Below are positions 33,618 to 41,394 of a DNA stretch of 41,394 bases, in pieces; the stretch's first letter is position 1; each line of letters begins with the position of its first letter. The notes below the pieces were generated by a model. It searched no databases, was not told the DNA's origin, and saw only the letters and a list, made by a program, of their open reading frames with translations. The position numbers were made by a program, and so were the translations under genes. The DNA comes from Lama guanicoe (Eukaryota): the NCBI GenBank assembly GCA_013239625.1, contig MU053432.1, forward strand, positions 251,940 to 293,333. The letters are read 5' to 3'.

Positions 33618-35278
33618 TCCACATGTAAGCATTCACCATGTCCTGGTAATCTGCCTCCTAAATGACTTAAATCCATCATTTTCTGTCCATTATCCTTTTA
33701 ATGCAGGACTTTATCATCACTCACCTAGACTACCCAATAGTTTCATTAAAAAAAAAAAACAAAACTTTGCCTCCAATCTGTCCCATTCCAAATTTCCAGT
33801 AGGGTAACCTTTCTAAAGTGCAAGTTCTGGTTTATTCATTCAACAGTTACTGAAGGCATACTACGTGCTAGGCATTTTGCTAAGAAGCAGAGATAAGATG
33901 ATTAAAACGTGGTGTCTGAATTCAGATTGCTTAGTCTAGAAGGGGAAATACATATTTGAAAGTGGTACATCAAATCTACTCTCTGAAACTTTCTAACACA
34001 GTAGCCTCAACACAGAGTTCTTCTGGCACTGATGCATGCCTCTCCCTAGCTGCTCCTCAGCAATGCAGCCTAGGCTTTATTTGCTTCTCTGAGCATGGTT
34101 TTGCTATTGAATTTTTTGTCTTGATTTTTCTTAAAAATTTCTTTTCAGGGAGGAGATCAAGATGGCATACCAAGAGGACATGGAGTTCACCTGCCCCCAA
34201 CAAACACATTAAATAATATATCTACGTGTGGAGCAATTCTCACTAAAAACAAACTGGAGACTGGCAGAAAAACCCTTATCAATCAAGGCTGTAAGAAAGA
34301 TCCATAGATAGCTGGATAAGGAGGGAAGAGAAGCAACCAGGTCAGGACCAGCACCCTAGGAGGGGACACAGAATAGAAGGGGGGTTACACAGGCTCAGAG
34401 AGCCTCCTTGGAAAGTTAGTGGTTTGAACCCCATACTGGGTGCCCCAGCCCTGGGGTCCAACACCAGGAAGATGAGTCCCTTCAGCTGGTTTGAAAACCA
34501 GTGGGACAGACAGCCGGGCTGTAAGAAACCTAGATTCTTCTTGTGAAGAGCACACACATGCTTGCTTACTCCTGAAAGGGGGCGGAGCAAGCAGGGTAGA
34601 AAATGCCTGGGATTCTGGCTGTTTTCCCATGACTGCACAGCATACACCCCAGCCTGAACCAAGCCCTCACTGGCCCCTTTTGCTCCTTCACAGGGCTCCA
34701 CACTAGGGAGAAGGCTGCCATGGCTGAGGAGAGCACACAGTTTTAGGGGGCAGAGCCAGCTCTGATCCAGCACACCATCCAAATGAGACAAGGGCAGCCA
34801 TTACTAGTCTTCATTATGGTAGCAGATTGGGAGCAGTCCAGAATTCTGACTGGTGCCAGGACTGCACCCAGGCCCACAACAAGCACCCCCTCCAGCCCCT
34901 CTTGCTCCAGCAGTGCTCCACCCTGGGGCAAGGGTGCCAATGCTGGGAGGAGGGAAAGCACACACACAAAGAGGGTACAGAACCACCTCGGACCCAACCC
35001 TCGGGGTTTCTGCTCCAGCAATCTGGGACCCAACACTGCCCCCAGTAGGATGGTGTTGGCCACTGAGCAGAGTAGAAAGCCTGGCTCATACCTGGCTCTG
35101 GCTCTAGAAACTTCATCCCAGCTCCATCTCCTACCAAGATGATACCTGCCAGCGCACCCTTGGGGAAGATGTGACTCATAATCATTTCAAATCCACCTCT
35201 CCCAAAAGAGCTACTGGACACATGCAGACAGTATGGGGATGCTCCGACACAAGGACACTCCTTCAAGACCAGAATAGG

Positions 35279-35868
35279 AAAAAAACACACGCACCCCAAT
35301 GTTCATAGCAGCACTATTTACAATAGCCAAGACAGAAACAACCCAAATGTCTATCAACATATGACGGGATAAAGAAGATGTGTTACACACACACACACAC
35401 ACACACACACTGAAATTCTACTCAGCCATCAAAAAGGTCACAATAATGCCATTTGCAGCAACATGAATGGACCTGGAGATTGTCATTCTAAGTGAAGTAA
35501 ACCAGAAAGAGAAAGAAAAATGCCATACAATATCGCTTATATGTGGAATCTGAAAAACAAAAAGGACTACTTATTATTTATAACTCATGATTGACTTCTT
35601 GAATATGTGTAAGCACATTTGACTGTCCTTTATAATTGGGTAACTGTATTCTGTTGATTCTTATTTTGTGGTTGGCTTTATTCCTTTGATAACTATATAA
35701 GTTTAAAGAGCTAAAGCTCTAAACTGTTCTTAGAAAGAAAGAACAGTACATATATGTAAATTTTTTTAATGTGCAGTATATTGTATATATATATTTACAT
35801 GCAATATATTGTATATGTGCAGTCAAATTGTGTCAATTGTACCTAATAAAACTGAAAATGGGAAAAAA
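35279..35868 (+). mobile_element. 5'-truncated L1 3'-end fragment nested in the 5'UTR of the older L1
   Basis: ORF2 C-terminal motif (ccccaatgttcatagcagcactatttacaatagccaagac), AATAAA plus A-tail, perfect 14-bp TSD aagaccagaatagg at 35265-35278 and 35869-35882. Confidence 0.9.
35385..35410. repeat. (AC)13 microsatellite
   Basis: Perfect dinucleotide run inside the nested L1. Confidence 0.95.
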
Positions 35869-37707
35869 AAGACCAGAATAGGTAGCTATTTTGCCTAATT
35901 CTATAGAGACAGAAAAAGTTAAGCAAAATGAGAAGACAGAGTAATTTGTTTCAAACAAAAGAAAAAATTTTAAAAACAACTAATGAAATAGAGGTAAAAA
36001 ATTTACAAAATAAAGAGTTCAAAGCATTATTAATAAGAACGCTAACTGAACTAGGGAAAAGAATTGATGAACACAGAATTTTAACAAGGAACTAGAAAAT
36101 ATAAGAAAGAACCAGTCAGAACTGAAGAATACACTAAACTGAAATGAAAAACACACTAGAAGGAATTAATAGCAGACTAAGTGATACAGAAGAATGCAAA
36201 AGTAACCTGAAGATAGAATAATGGAAATCACCCAATTGGAATAGCAAAAAGAAAAACAGATTAAACAATGAGAACAGTATAAGGAACCTCTGGGACAACA
36301 CCAAGCATACCAACATTCAAATTATAAGGGTCTCAGAAGGAGAAGAAAAAGAGAAGGAGATCAAAAATGTGTTTGATGAAATTACGGCTAAAAATTTCCC
36401 AAACCTGAAGAAGGAAACAGATATCCATGTATAGGAAGCACAGAGTCCCCCAAAAACATGAACTCAAACAGACACACACTGAGACATATCATAATGAAAA
36501 TGTGAAAAATTAAAGATAAAAAGAGAATTCTAAAGGCAGCAAGAGAAAAACAAAGGGTCACATACCAAGGAACCCCCATGAAGCTATCAGCTGATTTTTC
36601 TGCAGAAACGTTGCAGGCCAGAAAGCAGTGACGTGATGTACCTGAAGGGCTGAAAGGGGGAAATTCTACAACCTAGGATACTCTGCCCAACAAGATACTC
36701 ATTCAGAATTGAAGGGGAGATAAAGAACTTCTCCGATCAGCAAAACTAAGAGTTCATCAACGCTAAACCAGCCCTAAAAGAAATGTTAAAGGCTCTTCTC
36801 TAAGTGGAAAATAAAAGGCTACAACATGAACTAAGAATCTATAGGAAAAGAAAAATAAACCCACTAGTAAAGGCAAGTACACAGAAAAGGCTGTGGATCA
36901 ACCACAGAAATAAGCTAATATGACGATCAAAGGACAAAAAAATTGTAAAATCAAGTATAACTACATGAAACAGTTAAGAGATAAACATAAAGATGTAAAA
37001 TATGACATCAAAAACACAAAACGTTGAGGGGCAGTGAAAAAAAAGTAGATGTTGTAGAATGTGCTTGAACTAAAGTGACTACCAGTTTAAAAACAAGTAG
37101 ATAAAGGCCAATACATATGAACCCGTCGGTTAACATAGGTTCTGACCTATAATAGATAAACAAAAACTAGAGAGAAAGGATCACAAGCATATCACAAAAG
37201 AAAATCATCAAAGGGAAGAAACTAAAAGAAGACAAACAGAGAAGAAATACAAAACCAGAAAACAAGTAATGAAGTGGCAATGGATACTCACCTATCAATA
37301 ATCACTTTAAATGTCAATGGATTAAATGCTCGAATCAAAATACATAAGGGAGCAGATTGGATTAAAAAAATCCTATCTATATGCTGCCTACAAGTGACTG
37401 ACCTCAGTGCTATAGACACACACAGACTGAAAGTGAGAGAATGGAAAAAGATACTTCATACAAATGGAAACAATAAGAAAGCTGGGGTAGCTATACTCAT
37501 ATCAGACACAATAGACTCTAACAATGTCTATAACAAGACAAAGAAGGGAATTATATAATCATAAAGGGATCAATACAAGAAGAGGATGTAACATTCATTA
37601 ACATGTATGCACCTACATTTCTTGTCAAGATGGCGAAAAAAAATAAAGTGAATGAGTGAGTGAATGATGTGGAAGAGAAAGGTTAAAGAGATAAAGAAGA
37701 GGTCAAC

Positions 37708-40145
37708 AGTGCCCACGTCGGGACCCGGGTCCAGGGCACAGATGGCCCGGGCGTGCGCGTTGATCTGGACGTGCAGAGTTCCTGTACTGGCTTCGTACAG
37801 ACGCACCTGCCCGTCCCCATAGCCTGCTGCTATGGTCCCCTGCCACAGCTGCATGGAAGGGCACGGGACTCTGCAAGGGTGATAGCCCACTTTGATTTCC
37901 CAGACCCGGGCCCACTCCCACCCTGAAGCTACCTCAGGAAGGCGTCAACCCCCTTCTGCCTCACCTACCTGAATACTGGAATTTGGGTCAGTAATTTGAA
38001 TTCAGGCACTCACTGGATGGATGATGAAACAGGCCACAGTGTCATGACCTTCTGGAGGTCTTGCAGTGAGACACTCAGAGTCACGACTAGACTCTGGGCC
38101 TCCCGAGAGCCCCTAACCCCAAGCAGCAGACACAGCCCACGGGCCCAGCTCTGTAGCAGGTGCAGCGCAGGGTGCAAATTGAAAGATACATACCCTGTTC
38201 CCAAGATGCTTACGACCCAGCTGGGGAGACAGGACTTGTCTCTGAGGGCAGTATCAATTCAAGGCTCAGCTGAGGGAGACCAGTGGGAGCTGGAATAGGG
38301 GGGTGGCTTCCTGAGGTGGCACTGGGGGTGGGCCTGAAGAGGCAGGACTCGCCCAAGTTCAGAGAAGGAAGCTACACATGTCAGAGCAGGAAAGCATCTC
38401 GGAAACTGTCTGCCCCAACTCTTCAGTTCACACCAGCACTGTAAAGTCTTGGAAAACGACTAAATGCCATGTAAATGGAAAGTAACCCTGGCGCTGTCAC
38501 TGGACCCGAGGTTGCTGAAGCCTAGGAGAGTCTAGTAATTTGCCTAAAGTCATCCAGCTGCTTGAACCCAGCTCTCCTGCCTCCCAAGGCGGGGAAGGCC
38601 CCCACACCCACTGGAACAGGTAGGCGAAATCCACTTACCTGGCCCTGGGCAGGCTCGGTGGCAATGTCTGTGACTGGTGTCTGGTGTCCAGCCGGCTCTT
38701 CACTCAGTACGATGTGGGGACCCTTGGCTGGGATGTCAAACACCAGTACCCGGCCTGACCATGCTCCTGCAGAAGCAGTGCTCCACTGATGGCTTCCTGA
38801 TCCTCCCAGGTCCCCAGCCCCCACACTCAGCACTTCCTCCATCCCAGAGACCTTAGTAACAAACCCACCTCTCACTGCTCCAACCAGCCTTGCCCCCATA
38901 TTCACCACCCTTATCCTATCCCACCCTACCCCTCTAAACCCCTCCACAGCTTTTTGGAGACTTCAGACCCCTCTTCACTCCCACCCTTCCCTCTAACCCT
39001 CCAGTTTCCTCAGATCAGCATCTTCCTGGCCAAAGCACACACCCCTATGCCCCAGAACCCCACAATGCCCTGCCCTCGGCCCCCTCACCCACACAGATGA
39101 AGTGACCACTGGCAGCAATTCCTCGGGCAAACACAGCCTGTACTAAGTATGAGAGGGGAAAACTATTAGAAATAGCATCTCCCCATCCCCACAAACACTC
39201 CCTACCCCTGCCCCACGCAGTCCCACAGGTACCTAGAGACGCATCTCCAGAGTCCAGTGCGTGCCAATAGACCATGACGGAGCCATCAGACTCGTACATC
39301 TGGAAGACGGGGTGAGGATGGGGTCACAACTCAGCTGACCTTTGCTGAGCTCTGTGTTGACTACTCCACGTACTCATGTTAGCCTTAGCCCAATTAATCC
39401 TCAAAACCACCCTGGGAGGTCGGCATTACTTTTATCCCCATTTTACAGAGGAGGACACTGAGGCTCTGAGAAGTCAATTAAATTACCCAAGGACATGCGG
39501 CTAGTAAAGGGGCAGATATTGGAGATGGCACCTGAGAACTGAAAAACAAGGAAGGAGAGAAGATGAGAAACAAGGAGGAAGGAGCTAAGCAAATTAAAAG
39601 TTTGGAAATGTTTAGAGGCAAATGGGGAAAGGTCTAGGGGCCTTGGGGAGAAGGTGAGAAGACTCTAGTTGGGGAGGGCAGGAAGGTCCTCTTCTTACCT
39701 GTATTTCTGGATGTGAAGTGAGTACCAGCAATACTCGGTAAGGGAGGACACACCAGTGGACCTGGAGGGCGGTGAGTCAGGGCAGGGAGAGGTGGTCAGA
39801 GCAGGGGACACGAGGACTCAGAAGTGTGGAAATTCAGACGGCTAGACAAGGCCTCTTCCTCGGGGTTTGGAGAGGAGGGGCTGGGTGAGGGCTGGTTTCA
39901 GCAGCACCGCTCCCAACTCCATGGCTCACCTGGGTGATAAGTGGGGAGCTCACGCCAGCGCCCTCCTTAGCGTGGAGCTGACGCTGGACCAAGGGCACCC
40001 CCTCAGGAGCAGCGCTGAGAAGCTGGGCGCTGAGTCCATGGACTACGCCAAAATGTGTGAGGTTGCGCTGCTGCAGCACACTGAGGTTGTTGCACAGGGC
40101 GGCCGCCGAGCCTCGAAGGGGAATGGAGCGCCCCGGGCGGAACAT
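37708..40145 (-). pseudogene. WDR54: WDR54 (WD repeat domain 54) intron-containing, 3'-truncated, disrupted copy
   Basis: Exons 39930..40145 (MFRPGRSIPLRGSAAALCNNLSVLQ...LITQ), 39699..39761 (VHWCVLPYRVLLVLTSHPEIQ), 39233..39299 (MYESDG...DASL), 39089..39142 (VQAVFARGIAASGHFICV), 38639..38766 (GAWSGRVLVFDIPAKG...AQGQ), 37969..38012 (*VPEFKLLTQIPVF), 37708..37870 (VPCPSMQLWQG...ICALD). Match recalled WDR54; in-frame TGA, partial exon deletion, terminal exons absent. Confidence 0.85.
39345..39510 (-). mobile_element. MIR SINE in WDR54 intron 3
   Basis: ttaatcctcaaaaccaccctgggaggt...atccccattttacagaggaggacactgaggctc. Confidence 0.75.
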
Positions 40146-40970
40146 CCCAGGGGAGAGACGCCCGAATCATCAGGTTCAACAGAGGACAGCGGAGATTCCT
40201 GTGGGGACTCGGGGTGTTGTTATGCGGCACTGGGAGAGACCCCTGAGTCTGGGTCATGATGTGATGGGGGGTCACGTGGTGCGGGGAGGGTATCATGGAG
40301 CAGGTAAGGGGAACCCCAGGGCTGAGTAATCGGGCGATGCGGGGAATCCCGGAGGAGGAAAGGCGATGGCACAGGTCCCAGTGGCCCAAAGAGCCCAAGC
40401 CGAGGTGGGATGAAGCAAGGTAGCCCCCAGGCCCTATTTCCCTCCGCTTGGCTCCCCTAATACCCGGGCCAGGTAAGAGATCATAACAGCCCCCCTACAT
40501 CGGCTTCCGGTCTCTAGAAGCGTCGTCTCTCCGAATCCGCCGCCACCATAGAGACGACGCACGCACGCACGGCCGCTGGGTGGGGCCAGAAACCCGGAAG
40601 TGCGATGCGGGGGCCCGGCTGCCGGGGCCCGGCTGCCGGGGCGACCTTTAGACCAGGGCGGCCCTTAGAACTGGGCGGCTCCTAGACTGGGGCGGACGCA
40701 GAGAGACTAGGAAGCCGTGGAGCTGCAGGGTCTGAGCTGCCGCTGTGGCGATGGCGGACAAAGGCTCGGTGAGCCTAAGCTCAGCGGAGGGTGCGCCAGA
40801 GCGGGGACAGCCCGCTCAGATCCGCGTCCCCATCCCTGGGCCAGCTCGGAGCCACCCGGCGCCCGCCCACCACGCGGGCGCTCGGGATGGTCAGGGAAGC
40901 CGCGTCAGTGCGCTGGGCGGAGAACTCCACCTGCGCCGCGCCCACACAGACGCCCGGTCACACCGGGAAG
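40080..40970. promoter_or_regulatory. Bidirectional CpG-island promoter shared by the WDR54 copy and C2orf81
   Basis: CpG-rich; ETS/GABP motifs ccggaagt 40594-40601 and cttccgg 40504-40510; three gggcgg boxes 40649-40697. Confidence 0.75.
40751..40768 (+). CDS. C2orf81: Probable first coding exon of C2orf81 (or of a duplicate), divergent from WDR54
   Basis: gcgATGGCGGACAAAGGCTCG|gtgagc = MADKGS with strong Kozak and donor. Recalled human C2orf81 starts MAHEGS in a short exon head-to-head with WDR54. Rest of gene lies beyond the window. Confidence 0.6.
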
Positions 40971-41394
40971 CTGGGGGAAAGGGTTTCAGTGGGTGGTGCA
41001 GAGCCCAAGAACAAGAAGTGACTTAGCGTGTAATAAGTCTCTTACATTGAGTTACCCACTTAAATGGAAAAACCAGAACTGGTCAGGCCCTGGGGAGAGG
41101 TGTTGCTAGATGAATGAGCCATTTTGAGAATTTCAGGAGGAAGAAATGGACTATATAACAATGAGGCTACGCTTGAAAGTCAAATTGTTTAAGTCAAGAC
41201 AGTTTAAAATAAGAAACAGATTTGGAGAGCATTTGTGCAACAATGTTTCTGGCCCCTGTGGTCAGGCCACTTCTAGGCACAGTCCTTATCACAGGTGCCA
41301 CATGAGAGGCTGGGAGGGGAAGGCTAACCAACTCTCCTCTCCCAGACCTACCTGCCCTGCTCTGGCCAAGCCTGGACTGAGTTGTGGGCTGTTC

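Larger units (their letters stand above)
34147..37616 (+). mobile_element. LINE-1, 5' half only (5'UTR, decayed ORF1 ~35928-36803, ORF2 endonuclease start ~37274-37616)
   Basis: Starts gggaggagatcaagatggc (L1 5' YY1-type motif) just after a TT/AAAA site. ORF1-like sequence has stops and frameshifts. ORF2 EN peptide SIITLNVNGLN...ICCLQ...KAGVAILISD...KGSIQEEDVTFINMYAP, then stops. Confidence 0.92.

Noticed and set aside
34342..35299. Cluster of overlapping 70-160 aa ORFs
   Set aside because: GC-rich L1 5'UTR; no recognisable protein
37274..37558. 94-aa ORF with endonuclease motifs as a host gene
   Set aside because: Decayed L1 ORF2 start, frameshifted and truncated
37570..37890. WDR54 exon 8 reading through into a hydrophobic tail (novel membrane-anchored fusion)
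   Set aside because: The upstream in-frame TGA in exon 7, or a frameshift if that exon is skipped, prevents translation; hydrophobicity reflects T-rich filler and antisense L1
1..41394. CRISPR arrays, operons, rRNA or prokaryotic defence systems
   Set aside because: Spliced mammalian genes and mammalian TEs throughout; no repeat-spacer arrays or rRNA similarity seen

Overview
Mammalian genomic DNA, very probably from a camelid (four copies of the camelid-type tRNA-derived Vic-1 SINE). The window contains a complete, intact 14-exon SEMA4F gene on the minus strand (CDS 31840->9791, 2328 nt, 775 aa, all introns GT-AG) with its CpG-island promoter and a long 3' UTR. Upstream lie a MaLR/LTR nest and the 5' half of an L1 (with a younger L1 fragment nested in it) that stops abruptly inside the ORF2 endonuclease. 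The L1 is joined, via about 90 bp of unassigned filler, to an intron-containing but damaged WDR54 copy on the minus strand. That copy has an apparently lost exon-2 acceptor, a 57-nt deletion plus TGA in exon 7, and no exons after exon 8. It shares a CpG-island promoter with a probable first coding exon of C2orf81 on the plus strand. In human (recalled), WDR54/C2orf81 lie roughly 0.2 Mb from SEMA4F with many genes in between and M1AP is the immediate upstream neighbour, so this is a synteny break, most simply a decayed segmental duplicate. Other notable items are a promoter-like solo LTR antisense in SEMA4F intron 5 and a (CTG)8 poly-Leu tract in the signal peptide. Gene identities and human comparisons come from recalled protein sequences, not database searches. 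Repeat family names and boundaries without TSDs are approximate. No novel multi-gene system, CRISPR array or genuine RNA gene was found.
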